From contig CAKQLP010000002.1 in NCBI GenBank assembly GCA_934254675.1, forward strand, positions 96,596 through 160,595: a stretch of 64,000 nucleotides of DNA, read 5' to 3'. The stretch's first letter is position 1. Every line of letters begins with the position of its first letter. Under the pieces are notes generated by a model. That model saw only the letters and a list, made by a program, of their open reading frames with translations. It had not been told where the DNA came from and made no database searches. Made by a program: the position numbers and the translations under genes. The stretch is from an uncultured Alphaproteobacteria bacterium (GTDB lineage: Bacteria; Pseudomonadota; Alphaproteobacteria; RF32; CAG-239). Positions 19,728-28,951 of this stretch are shown here, in pieces.

Positions 19728-20675
19728 TTATTTACCTTCAATCATAGCCAAGGCTTTGTCTGTATATTCTTTCATAATTTCCGCACTGTTTTTCAGTTTG
19801 GCACGTTCTTCATCAGAAAGTTTCGGCGAAATAACATGGAAAATACCTTTTCTGTTGATAACAGTAGGCAATGACAGACTTACACCTTTAACGCCTTCAA
19901 TATCGTCGTGATGAGAAGACACGGTCAAAATAGCGTATTCATTGTTATTTATAGCGCGGCAAATTTGGGTTAAAGCACCGGCAATACCATAGAAAGTAGC
20001 GCCTTTGCCATCAATAATTTTGTAGGCCGCATTAACAACACCATCTTTGATTTCAGCTTTTTTAGCGTCATCTAAAACTTTGTTAACGCTTTCAGCATAT
20101 TCTTCCAAAGACAAAGTACCGGCTTCGGCGTTAGACCAAATCAAAACTTCGCTGTCACCATGTTCGCCGATTACGTCAGCATGAACTGATTTTGTGGAAA
20201 CACCCAGATAGAAGGCCAACAAGGTTCTGAAACGAGCCGTATCTAAAACTGTGCCGCTACCGATAACGCGTTCTTTAGGAAAACCGGAAAGTTTGCGGGC
20301 AACTTCAGTCATAATGTCGGCCGGATTAGCGGTGATTAATAAAATAGATTCAGGAGCGTATTTAGCAACTTGCGGAATAATGCTTTCAAAAATTTTGACG
20401 TTGCGACCTAACAAATCAATGCGGGTTTCACCTGGTTTTTGATTTGCACCGGCGGTTACAATTACAACTCCGCAACCTTCCAAATCTTCATAAGTTCCGG
20501 CTTTAATTTTTCCGGCGTGACCAAAAGGAGCGGCGTGAGCAATATCCATAGCTTCGGCTTGTGCTTTTTTTTCATTCATATCAATCAAAACAACCTTGTG
20601 CGCAACGCCTGTCATCATCAATGAAAATGCCGCAGCACTTCCAACAGAACCGGCACCGATAATACCAACTTTCAT
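19728..20675 (-). CDS. ldh: L-lactate dehydrogenase
   Basis: MKVGIIGAGSVGSA Rossmann motif, substrate loop GANQKPGETR (Gln rather than Arg at the discriminating position), GEHGDSE active-site motif. GGAG lies 8 nt before ATG 20675. Confidence 0.9.
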   Translation of the reverse strand: MKVGIIGAGSVGSAAAFSLMMTGVAHKVVLIDMNEKKAQAEAMDIAHAAPFGHAGKIKAGTYEDLEGCGVVIVTAGANQKPGETRIDLLGRNVKIFESIIPQVAKYAPESILLITANPADIMTEVARKLSGFPKERVIGSGTVLDTARFRTLLAFYLGVSTKSVHADVIGEHGDSEVLIWSNAEAGTLSLEEYAESVNKVLDDAKKAEIKDGVVNAAYKIIDGKGATFYGIAGALTQICRAINNNEYAILTVSSHHDDIEGVKGVSLSLPTVINRKGIFHVISPKLSDEERAKLKNSAEIMKEYTDKALAMIEGK

Positions 20676-20794
20676 GTTTATCTCCAATCTAAAAAATATG
20701 TTCAAAAATTCATTTACTTATATAGATATGATTAGAGGTAAATTGCAATACCTTTTTTAAATTTTTTGCAAATTTTTTTACATAAAAAACAGGG

Positions 20795-20823
20795 TTGACA
20801 GCCAGAAATAAAATTTATATAGA
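20795..20823 (+). promoter_or_regulatory. sigma70-like promoter ending 6 nt before the ybaK ATG
   Basis: TTGACA (20795-20800), 17-nt spacer, TATAGA (20818-20823). Confidence 0.55.
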
Positions 20824-20829
20824 AAAATT

Positions 20830-21327
20830 ATGAGAAATGTAGAAAAAATGATAAAAACTAATGCGATGCGGATTGTGGAAACTACCAAAATTCCGTATAA
20901 GGTGTATGAGTATGAGGTGACCGACGGTGTTGACGCCAAAAGTGTGGCGCAATATTTGCAAAAGCCGGAGGAACAGGTGTTTAAAACATTGGTAACTCAA
21001 GCACCGACCGACCAACATGGTTTTATTTATTTTGTGTTTGTTATTCCGGCAAATGCCGAACTTAGCGTTAAAAAAGCCGCTCATGCCGCCGGTGTAAAAA
21101 ATTTGGAAATGCTGCCGCTGAAAAAACTTTTGCCGCTGACCGGATATGTGCACGGTGGGTGCTCTCCATTGGGAATGAAAAAACAATTTCCGGTTTTTAT
21201 TGATGAAACGGCGATATTGTTTGACACATTTTGCCTATCGGGCGGAAAAATTGGCATAACTCTTGAGTTAAATGCCGAAACTTTGGCAAAGGCAATCGGA
21301 GCAAAGTTTGCCGATTTAACACTTTGA
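20830..21327 (+). CDS. ybaK: Cys-tRNA(Pro)/Cys-tRNA(Cys) deacylase YbaK
   Basis: About 160 aa. KTLV..., GYVHGGCSPLG and FIDE motifs typical of the YbaK/ProX editing domain. Confidence 0.85.
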   Translation: MRNVEKMIKTNAMRIVETTKIPYKVYEYEVTDGVDAKSVAQYLQKPEEQVFKTLVTQAPTDQHGFIYFVFVIPANAELSVKKAAHAAGVKNLEMLPLKKLLPLTGYVHGGCSPLGMKKQFPVFIDETAILFDTFCLSGGKIGITLELNAETLAKAIGAKFADLTL

Positions 21328-21340
21328 AAGGAGTAAGAAA

Positions 21341-21775
21341 ATGAAATATTTATTAATGGTTTGTTTGTTATTTCCTCTGTCGGCGCAGGCATTTTGTTTG
21401 GGTGAGGTTGGCAGTCAGCGTACAAATGGATTGGGCGAAACCGAATATAGAAACAGCAGCGGACAATTGCTGGGAACATCCCGCCAGAACGGATTGGGTG
21501 AGACCGAATATCGCGACAACAGCGGTCAATTGGTCGGCACGGCCAGACAGAACGGATTGGGCGAGACCGAATATCGGGACAACAGCGGACGATTGTCCGG
21601 AACTTCTCGCCAAAATGGATTGGGAGATACCGAATATCGAAATGGTAACGGCGTGTTAGTTGGAACCTCTCGCGAAAACAGTCTTGGAGATACCGAATAT
21701 CGTGACAACACCGGCAGACTAAATAAAACATCTCATCAAAACGGATTGGGTGAGACAATTTATTATAATTACTAG
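21341..21775 (+). CDS. secreted tandem-repeat protein
   Basis: Signal peptide MKYLLMVCLLFPLSAQA, then five and a half copies of the 21-aa unit NGLGETEYR(D/N)xSGxLxGTxRQ. Confidence 0.75.
   Translation: MKYLLMVCLLFPLSAQAFCLGEVGSQRTNGLGETEYRNSSGQLLGTSRQNGLGETEYRDNSGQLVGTARQNGLGETEYRDNSGRLSGTSRQNGLGDTEYRNGNGVLVGTSRENSLGDTEYRDNTGRLNKTSHQNGLGETIYYNY
21425..21772 (+). repeat. 63-nt in-frame tandem repeat, about 5.5 copies
   Basis: Period of 21 codons read from the translation (N29, N50, N71, N92, N113, N134). Confidence 0.9.
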
Positions 21776-21787
21776 GAGAATCGTTTT

Positions 21788-22255
21788 ATGAATGAAATTT
21801 TACGTCTGGCTATGGAGCAAGCGCGCAAGACAATGAATGAAAATATCGGCGGTCCGTTTGGGGCGGCGGTTATTTCTGAAACCGGCGAAATTTTAGCTAT
21901 AACCTCAAATTCTGTTTTGCGTGACAACGATCCGACGGCACACGCTGAAGTTAACGCCATCCGCGCCGCTTGTCAAAAAATCGGCAGTTACGATTTAAGC
22001 AACTGTATTTTATATACCACGGCTTATCCTTGTCCGATGTGTTTATCCGCAATTATTTGGGCGAATATCAAAAAAGTGTATTTCGGATGTCGTCCAGAAG
22101 ACGCTGAACACATTGGTTTTAGAGATGATTTTATGTATCGGTTTATCGAAAATAAATGTAATGATAAGTCTGTTTTGGATTTGACAGAATTGAACAGAGA
22201 TGAGTGTTTACAACTGTTTAATGAATATCAACAAAAATCTAAAACAATATATTAA
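21788..22255 (+). CDS. guaD: guanine deaminase (CDA-fold, GuaD-like)
   Basis: GGPFGAAV..., zinc motifs HAE and PCPMC. Length and layout match B. subtilis GuaD as I recall it. Confidence 0.8.
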   Translation: MNEILRLAMEQARKTMNENIGGPFGAAVISETGEILAITSNSVLRDNDPTAHAEVNAIRAACQKIGSYDLSNCILYTTAYPCPMCLSAIIWANIKKVYFGCRPEDAEHIGFRDDFMYRFIENKCNDKSVLDLTELNRDECLQLFNEYQQKSKTIY

Positions 22256-22291
22256 ACAAGATAAAAGCATCTATGGAGTTAAAAAAATAAA

Positions 22292-22352
22292 TGTAATGTT
22301 TGACATTACAATTTTTATGTTATATTACTTAAATGTAACAAGATATATTACA
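22292..22352 (+). promoter_or_regulatory. two 19-bp operator-like palindromes overlapping the cupin-Rrf2 operon promoter
   Basis: TGTAATG-TTTGA-CATTACA (22292-22310, overlaps TTGACA 22300-22305) and TGTAACA-AGATA-TATTACA (22334-22352). Confidence 0.55.
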
Positions 22353-22368
22353 ATTATGGAGAAATAAA

Positions 22369-22746
22369 ATGAAAGAATATACTTCTGTAAATTTAGGCTC
22401 TTTTAATGAAATTGCCAAAAAAGAAAATGGTAAGGCTTTTTTGCATGATGCTTTAAACTTAACCAGCTGCGAAATTTCAGTTAACTCTGTTCCAAAGGGT
22501 TTTAAAGTTCCGTTCAGTCACTTACATAAGCAAAATGAAGAAGTTTATATTGTTTTAAAAGGTATTGGTGTAATTACCGTTGGCGAAGTTAAAATTGACG
22601 TAAAAGAAGGCTCGGCGGTCAGAGTTGCCACAAAAGTTGCTCGCACGATTGAAAACATTGGCGATGGTGAGTTCCAATTTATTTGTATTCAGGCCAAAGA
22701 AGGTAGTTTGACACAATTTGGTTTGGGTGATGCGGAACTTTGCTAA
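22369..22746 (+). CDS. cupin domain protein
   Basis: 125 aa with cupin_2-like beta-barrel pattern (HLHKQNEEVYIVLKGIG...VxxGSAVRV). Confidence 0.7.
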   Translation: MKEYTSVNLGSFNEIAKKENGKAFLHDALNLTSCEISVNSVPKGFKVPFSHLHKQNEEVYIVLKGIGVITVGEVKIDVKEGSAVRVATKVARTIENIGDGEFQFICIQAKEGSLTQFGLGDAELC

Positions 22747-22756
22747 AAGGTGAAAG

Positions 22757-23185
22757 ATGCAAATTTCAAGCCGTTTTACCATAGCTTTGCATATATTAAC
22801 TGCCCTTGAAATTTTTAAAGGGCAGTTTCCGCTTACTAGTGATTTTTTGGCTAGTTCGGTACAGGTAAATCCGGTCATCATCCGTAATATATTGCTTAAA
22901 CTTAAAGCCGCTGGAATGATACAGATTTCCCGCGGGCGCAACAATATGAGTTTATTGAAATCTCCAAATGAAATCAGTCTGCTTGACGTGTATAAAGCCA
23001 TAGAACCCTTGGAACACAATACTCTATTTGCTTTTCATAAAAATCCTAATCCTGAATGTCCGGTCGGGCATAATATTCATAATTTGCTAGATAATCGTTT
23101 GATGTCCGTGCAGACGGCTATGGAAGAAAAACTCAGCAAGATGAATTTAGCCGATATTTTAAATGATTTGCACAATTTATTATAA
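22757..23185 (+). CDS. Rrf2 family transcriptional regulator
   Basis: N-terminal MQISSRFTIALHILTAL and winged-helix layout typical of Rrf2/BadM. 142 aa. Confidence 0.85.
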   Translation: MQISSRFTIALHILTALEIFKGQFPLTSDFLASSVQVNPVIIRNILLKLKAAGMIQISRGRNNMSLLKSPNEISLLDVYKAIEPLEHNTLFAFHKNPNPECPVGHNIHNLLDNRLMSVQTAMEEKLSKMNLADILNDLHNLL

Positions 23186-23193
23186 GGAAAACA

Positions 23194-24072
23194 ATGCACG
23201 ATATTTGGAATCCTTGGCACGGGTGTATAAAAAAAAGCGCGGGTTGCCAAAACTGTTATATGTATTTTTTAGATAAGCAACGCGGCAAAGACGGAACTCA
23301 AGTTTATAAGGTTAAAAATAATTTTGATTATCCTTTGCAAAAAGATATAAATGGTAATTATAAAATAAAATCCGGCGAGCAAATTCGGGTTTGCATGACT
23401 TCTGATTTCTTTTTACCCGAGGCTGATAAATGGCGGCAGGAAGCTTGGAATATTATGCACGAGCGTTCTGATGTTGTGTTTTTCTTGCTGACAAAAAGAC
23501 CGGAACGTGTTTTTGATTGTTTGCCCGACAATTGGAAAAGCGGTTGGGAAAATATATTTTTTAACGTCACTTGTGAAAATCAGCAAATGGCCGATGAGCG
23601 GATTCCTCTTTTAGAACAACTTCCCTTTAAGCATAAGAGGATTATGGTCGCACCATTTATAGGTGAGGTAAGTATTGCCAAATATTTAGCTAAGGGTTTT
23701 ATTGAACAAGTTATTGCCGGCGGCGAAAACTATGATGGTTCAAGACCTTTGAAATATGAGTGGGTGAAAGAACTTTATAATGAATGTGTGACGGCAAAAG
23801 TTAAATTTGCTTTTATTGAAACCGGAACTTATTTTGAAAAAGATGGTAAAATCTATAAAATTGAAAATAAGTTTAAACAAAGCCAACAGGCTTATAAATC
23901 AGGTTTACAATATGTGGGAAAACCTATAAAATTTAAACTGACAAAGCTTCAAGGCAATTTATTTGAAGACAATACAAGTCTGTATAAACCTTATTTTTGC
24001 GGGCAATGTAAAACTTGCGGCAGCCGTTTGATTTGCAACGGCTGTTCTAATTGCGGAAGGTGTCGGTCTTAA
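23194..24072 (+). CDS. DUF5131 (phage Gp37/Gp68-like) family protein with Cys-rich C-terminus
   Basis: N-terminal WNPWHGCIKKSAGCQNCYM matches the Gp37/Gp68 signature as I recall it. C-terminus is CGQCKTCGSRLICNGCSNCGRC. Confidence 0.65.
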   Translation: MHDIWNPWHGCIKKSAGCQNCYMYFLDKQRGKDGTQVYKVKNNFDYPLQKDINGNYKIKSGEQIRVCMTSDFFLPEADKWRQEAWNIMHERSDVVFFLLTKRPERVFDCLPDNWKSGWENIFFNVTCENQQMADERIPLLEQLPFKHKRIMVAPFIGEVSIAKYLAKGFIEQVIAGGENYDGSRPLKYEWVKELYNECVTAKVKFAFIETGTYFEKDGKIYKIENKFKQSQQAYKSGLQYVGKPIKFKLTKLQGNLFEDNTSLYKPYFCGQCKTCGSRLICNGCSNCGRCRS

Positions 24073-24079
24073 CCTTTAA

Positions 24080-25510
24080 TCAGAAACGGAAATCATTTCC
24101 TCTTCCGGTGCGGATATCTTCCAATCGTTGCCGCACAATATTGGCTAAATTGTTTGGAATGGTCGCCAGTTCTTGCTCAATCAATTTTTCACCGATGGCT
24201 TTAGTGTCTTTTGAGGCGTAATCGGTTAGATATTCCTGCAAAGTCATCAGCGCATTTGGGTGGCAACAATTATGAATTTGCTTAGCCTTGCAAAGTTCCA
24301 TAAAGCGGTCACCGGTACGTCCGGCGCGGTAACAAGCAGTGCAAAAACTCGGCACATAGCCAAGACGCATCAGCCAATTGATAATTTCATCCAGAGGGCG
24401 ATTGTCTATAACGTCAAATTGTTCGGAGTTTTCATCTTCCGCTTCCGGAGAGGCATAGCCGCCAACCGAAGTCTTTGAGCCTCCGGAAATTTGCGAAATT
24501 CCTAATTGTAAAACCCGTTCGCGAGTTTTTTTGCTTTCCCGAGTGGAAACAATCATACCTGTATAAGGTACGGCAATACGGATGAGAGCGACAATTTTGG
24601 CGAAAATATCGTCTGGAATACAGTTGCTGAATTGGCTTGTATCAATGTCATCGGCATGGCGCAAGCGAGGAACGCTTATGGTGTGCGGACCAACTCCAAA
24701 AACCGCTTCCAGATGTTCGGCATGCATCAATAATCCGCTAAATTCATAACGATATGTCGATAAACCGAACAAAACACCCAGACCGACATCATCAATACCG
24801 CCTTGCATGGCTCTATCCATAGCTTCAGTATGCCAATTGTAATTATGTTTAGGTCCTTGTGGATGAAGCTGCTCATAAGATTCCTTATTGTAGGTTTCTT
24901 GAAACAAAATATATGTTCCGATACCGGCTTTGTGCAATTTGGCGTAATCTTCAACTGTGGTGGCGGCAATATTGACATTAACGCGTCGGATTGCCCCGTT
25001 TTTATGCTTGATTCCATAAATGGTGTCAATGCTCTCCAATACATATTCTAGCGGATTGTTTACCGGATCTTCTCCCAGTTCCAAAGCCAAACGTTTGTGT
25101 CCCATATCTTGTAGGGCGATAACTTCCTGCTTGATTTCTTCCTGAGTCATTTTTTTGCGGAAAATGTGCTTATTTTTGATGTGATAAGGGCAATAAACAC
25201 AGCTGTTGACGCAATAGTTTGAAAGATAAAGAGGGGCAAACAAAACAATGCGATTGCCGTAATAATTATTTTTTATTTGTTCCGCCAGGGCAAATATCTC
25301 GGCTTCAATTTCCTTATTGTCACAAGCCAGTAATACCGAAGCTTCGCGATGGGTCAAGCCTTTTTCCTGTTTTGCCTTATCAATAATTTGATGAATAAGT
25401 TGCAAATTATTTTTATTTTTATCGGCATATTCCAATGTTTCAAGAATTTCTTGATGTGAAATAAATTCTTCTGCTTTTGCTGAGTTCGGATTATATTTTA
25501 TGCTTTCCAT
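24080..25510 (-). CDS. hydG: [FeFe]-hydrogenase maturase HydG (radical SAM tyrosine lyase)
   Basis: 476 aa. Radical-SAM CVNSCVYC preceded by GNRIVLFAPLYLSNYC, and C-terminal CTAC-x22-C auxiliary-cluster motif that is absent from ThiH. Confidence 0.85.
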   Translation of the reverse strand: MESIKYNPNSAKAEEFISHQEILETLEYADKNKNNLQLIHQIIDKAKQEKGLTHREASVLLACDNKEIEAEIFALAEQIKNNYYGNRIVLFAPLYLSNYCVNSCVYCPYHIKNKHIFRKKMTQEEIKQEVIALQDMGHKRLALELGEDPVNNPLEYVLESIDTIYGIKHKNGAIRRVNVNIAATTVEDYAKLHKAGIGTYILFQETYNKESYEQLHPQGPKHNYNWHTEAMDRAMQGGIDDVGLGVLFGLSTYRYEFSGLLMHAEHLEAVFGVGPHTISVPRLRHADDIDTSQFSNCIPDDIFAKIVALIRIAVPYTGMIVSTRESKKTRERVLQLGISQISGGSKTSVGGYASPEAEDENSEQFDVIDNRPLDEIINWLMRLGYVPSFCTACYRAGRTGDRFMELCKAKQIHNCCHPNALMTLQEYLTDYASKDTKAIGEKLIEQELATIPNNLANIVRQRLEDIRTGRGNDFRF

Positions 25511-25525
25511 AATTGACCTTCTTTA

Positions 25526-27115
25526 TTATTTGTTTGGGTTTAACGGATCTTTTTCATCGGCTAACAAATCCTCAACCGATATTTTATGGTTTTCCGACGA
25601 AGGATTGTCTTTCAAAATATCTAAATCCGCTAATTCATTTGCCAAATTATCATTAAAAATAGTATCTAATTTTACTTCATTTTCTTTTTCTTCTTGCGAA
25701 ATATTTAGCGTAGGTTTTGCATCTTTTTCATTAAAATAGTCAGCCGGCGGATTGAATGGATCTGTTGCTTCAAATGAAGTTTCTTCAAAATAAGGTTCAT
25801 GTTGAACAGAACTATCTGTTTTTTGTGATAAATTTTGCGAAATTTCATCAAAATGAGGTTCATTGTTTGGTGTTTTTGATGAAGTATCAGGGGGCAGAAG
25901 AGGTGTGTTCTCTAAACTTGTAAGAGTTGCTGGTTCTGCTGTAATATCACTGTTAGAATCTTGGTCTTTGAATGACATGAATTCTTGTTGTGCATTCTTA
26001 ATTTCTGTGGACAAAGGTTCTTCCCAAGGCAATTTTTCTTCTTTTTGAGCAACATCGTCGGCAACATTGTCTTCAATAATGACTTCTTCTTGATGCTCAG
26101 TTTTATCATCAGCTTCAGGAGAAAGCGGGTTTTCTTGTAATGGAGAGTTTAACAATTCATCAATTCGCTGCTCGTTTTCTTGAATTACATCCTCGTCTTC
26201 TTCCACTTCAACAGGAATATCAGTTGATTTTTCCTCAGAATCATTTTGTTTTTGAGTAAATCGTTCGTCATAAAAATCTGCAATAGATTGCGGCTGTGGT
26301 TCATTGGCTTTTTCTGGTAAAGGTGTTTCCATAGCGTCCGAAAACGTAGTTTGTTTTTTGTCGGAAGAAGATTGCGCCAAAGTGTCTGATTGTTGGTTTG
26401 CAAGCTGTGAATTATCAGCTCGAGCAAGTAGAATTTTTTGGAGTATATCTTTTATTTCATTGTCAATATCGGTGTGACTTTGAATACTTGTTGTAACATT
26501 GTGGCTGATTTGATTGACAACATCCAATAAGCGTCCATTTAAATCATTGATATCTGAACTTAATCGTGAAACAGTACTAACAAGAACGGCAAAATTTCCA
26601 GAATGTCCTGCGTTACGTTCAATTTCTTTAGCATTTTCAGTTTTTATATTTCCCACATATTCGGATATTTGTTCGCAAATGGCAATAAGTTGATTTAATG
26701 TTGTTTGTAAATTTGTTGTGTTTTCAGTTGAATTATTAGTCAGTGAATTTAAGCCGTTGTTAAGTATCTGAAAGTGATTTTCAAGCAATAAGTTTGTTCT
26801 GTCTTCAGCCGAAGATATATGTGATAAAATATCGGGAATTTTGTTTTGTTCTGTATTGTTTTCTAATGAGCCGTTTTGCAAAGAACGAATAAACAATTCT
26901 CCGATACCTTTGTTTTGATAAGCGTCAAAAGTAAGAAATAAAAGTGCAAAGACGAGAGATGAAATAAGAAAAACTATCAATGCAATATTGGCAATCAGCA
27001 AGTTTGATGTTTCTTGGGTTAATTGATATTGATAAGTGTAGTACAAAAAAACGCCAAAAACAATGGCTGATAAAACTCCGCTGAAAAATTTTATCAAAGT
27101 TGCCGCAAATTTCAT
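25526..27115 (-). CDS. membrane-anchored protein with coiled-coil and a long acidic low-complexity C-terminus
   Basis: Two N-terminal TM helices, an N/T/S-rich helical region, and an E/D/P-rich tail. Stop lies 15 nt upstream of the hydG start. Confidence 0.6.
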   Translation of the reverse strand: MKFAATLIKFFSGVLSAIVFGVFLYYTYQYQLTQETSNLLIANIALIVFLISSLVFALLFLTFDAYQNKGIGELFIRSLQNGSLENNTEQNKIPDILSHISSAEDRTNLLLENHFQILNNGLNSLTNNSTENTTNLQTTLNQLIAICEQISEYVGNIKTENAKEIERNAGHSGNFAVLVSTVSRLSSDINDLNGRLLDVVNQISHNVTTSIQSHTDIDNEIKDILQKILLARADNSQLANQQSDTLAQSSSDKKQTTFSDAMETPLPEKANEPQPQSIADFYDERFTQKQNDSEEKSTDIPVEVEEDEDVIQENEQRIDELLNSPLQENPLSPEADDKTEHQEEVIIEDNVADDVAQKEEKLPWEEPLSTEIKNAQQEFMSFKDQDSNSDITAEPATLTSLENTPLLPPDTSSKTPNNEPHFDEISQNLSQKTDSSVQHEPYFEETSFEATDPFNPPADYFNEKDAKPTLNISQEEKENEVKLDTIFNDNLANELADLDILKDNPSSENHKISVEDLLADEKDPLNPNK

Positions 27116-27226
27116 TAAGTTTCTCCAATTATTGTTAACTAATAAATACTATATAAAAATATAAAGCAAACCAGATAAGAACGCAAGGTTTGCTTTATAC
27201 TTCTTAACAGCTTAACAATACAGATT

Positions 27227-28816
27227 TCAGATTGTTTGTTCGCGCGTTTTATGTAGTTCCAAATGCGGAAAATCTTCTTTTATTTTGCCTAAATGCCAAG
27301 CGTTGCGGGCTAAAAATACTTTTTGTCCGTCATAATCATCGGCAATATTCATTTGGTTGGTGTTATAAAATTTTTCCAATTCTGCTTTATCGGAACAGCT
27401 AACCCAACGAGCGGTATAATATTGAGTCGGCTCAAAAATAACGTCAATATTAAATTCGGTACGCAAGCGGTCGGCAATCACTTCAAATTGCAAAACTCCG
27501 ACCACGCCCACAATATATTCCGAACCGATTATCGGTTTGAATACGCTGGCTCCTCCTTCTTCAGCAATTTGTTGAAGAGCGTTTGATAAGTGCTTGGATT
27601 TTAATGGGTCTTTGGCTCGTACGGATTTTAATAATTCTGGTGCGAAACTCGGAATTCCGGTATAATGCAATTTTTCACCTTCGGTTAGAGTGTCGCCAAT
27701 TCGCAACTGCCCATGGTTAGGAATACCGATAATATCACCGGCATAAGCATCTTCCGCCAATTCGCGCTCTTGCGCCAAAAACATTACCGGAGTTGGCACT
27801 TTTATATCTTTGCCGGTACGAACCTGAAGCAAACTCATACCGCGTTTGAAATGGCCGGAGCAAATTCGCATAAAAGCGATGCGGTCACGATGTTTTGGAT
27901 CCATATTGGCTTGAATTTTAAACACAAATCCTGTAACTTTTTTTTCATCAGCTGACACAATTCGCTCGACACTTGGGTGCGGGCGAGGGGTTGGAGCAAA
28001 TTTGTGCAAACCATTCAGAACTTCGCGCACGCCGAAATTGTTGACGGCACTGCCGAAAAACACCGGTGTCAACGCGCCGGCCAAGTATAATTCCAAATCA
28101 AAAGCCGGACACAGTTCTCGAACCATTTCCACGTCTTCACGCAGTTTTTTTATGGCGTGAGCCGGCAAAAGTTCATCAAGTTTCGGGTCGTTTAACCCCT
28201 TGCAAGTTTCAACAGTGTCGTTGATTAAAGATTTGCTGCCGGTTTTGTTCATCAAAATCAACTGGTCGTTAATCAAATCATAACAGCCTAAAAAATCTTT
28301 GCCGCTACCAATCGGCCAACTTGCCGGCGTAACGTCCAAGGCCAACGTTTTTTCAATGTCGTCTAACAACTCAAACGGGTCCAAACCTTCTCGGTCAAGC
28401 TTGTTGATAAAAGTAATAATCGGAATGTTGCGCAAACGGCAGACTTCAAACAATTTTTTTGTTTGAGTTTCAATACCTTTCGCCGAGTCCAAAACCATCA
28501 CCGCCGAGTCAACCGCCGTCAAAACACGATAAGTGTCTTCCGAAAAGTCTTCGTGTCCCGGAGTGTCCAACAGGTTAAATGTAATGTTGTCATAATCAAA
28601 GTTCATTACTGAAGAAGCAACGGAAATTCCGCGTTCTTGCTCCACTTTCATCCAGTCAGAATGGGCGTGACGATTTTCACCGCGCGCTTTGACTGCGCCG
28701 GCTTGCTGAATGGCACCACCAAAAAGCAGTAATTTTTCGGTTAGGGTAGTCTTACCGGCATCCGGATGGGAAATTATGGCAAAAGTTTTGCGTTTGTTGA
28801 CAATTTGTTCTGGCAT
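27227..28816 (-). CDS. prfC: peptide chain release factor 3
   Basis: RKTFAIISHPDAGKTTLTEKLL, DTPGHEDF, NKLDR. About 529 aa from ATG 28816. The track ORF carries a 17-codon extension. Confidence 0.95.
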   Translation of the reverse strand: MPEQIVNKRKTFAIISHPDAGKTTLTEKLLLFGGAIQQAGAVKARGENRHAHSDWMKVEQERGISVASSVMNFDYDNITFNLLDTPGHEDFSEDTYRVLTAVDSAVMVLDSAKGIETQTKKLFEVCRLRNIPIITFINKLDREGLDPFELLDDIEKTLALDVTPASWPIGSGKDFLGCYDLINDQLILMNKTGSKSLINDTVETCKGLNDPKLDELLPAHAIKKLREDVEMVRELCPAFDLELYLAGALTPVFFGSAVNNFGVREVLNGLHKFAPTPRPHPSVERIVSADEKKVTGFVFKIQANMDPKHRDRIAFMRICSGHFKRGMSLLQVRTGKDIKVPTPVMFLAQERELAEDAYAGDIIGIPNHGQLRIGDTLTEGEKLHYTGIPSFAPELLKSVRAKDPLKSKHLSNALQQIAEEGGASVFKPIIGSEYIVGVVGVLQFEVIADRLRTEFNIDVIFEPTQYYTARWVSCSDKAELEKFYNTNQMNIADDYDGQKVFLARNAWHLGKIKEDFPHLELHKTREQTI

Positions 28817-28951
28817 TTTAACCTCGTCTTTCTTTATTATGTGCAAGTTATAAACAAAAATAAGCAATTTGCAACATTTTTATGAAATTTTGCTTGATTT
28901 ATAAAATATTTTATGTTCTAATTCGCCGTAATTGGGATGTAATATCCTTGC

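Noticed and set aside
19728-20675. Alternative call as LDH-like malate dehydrogenase
   Set aside because: The substrate-specificity loop reads GANQKPGETR (Gln at the position that is Arg in MDH), and the GEHGDSE motif is LDH-like.
21081-21758. 225-aa minus-strand ORF and several 60-85-aa ORFs overlapping ybaK and the repeat protein
   Set aside because: These are artefacts of the 63-nt tandem repeat staying open in multiple frames and strands. The plus-strand ORF has a signal peptide and an SD-like context.
24080-25510. Alternative call as ThiH (thiazole biosynthesis tyrosine lyase)
   Set aside because: The C-terminal CTAC-x22-C auxiliary cluster motif and the roughly 476-aa length fit HydG, not the shorter ThiH. 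No thiamine genes are adjacent.
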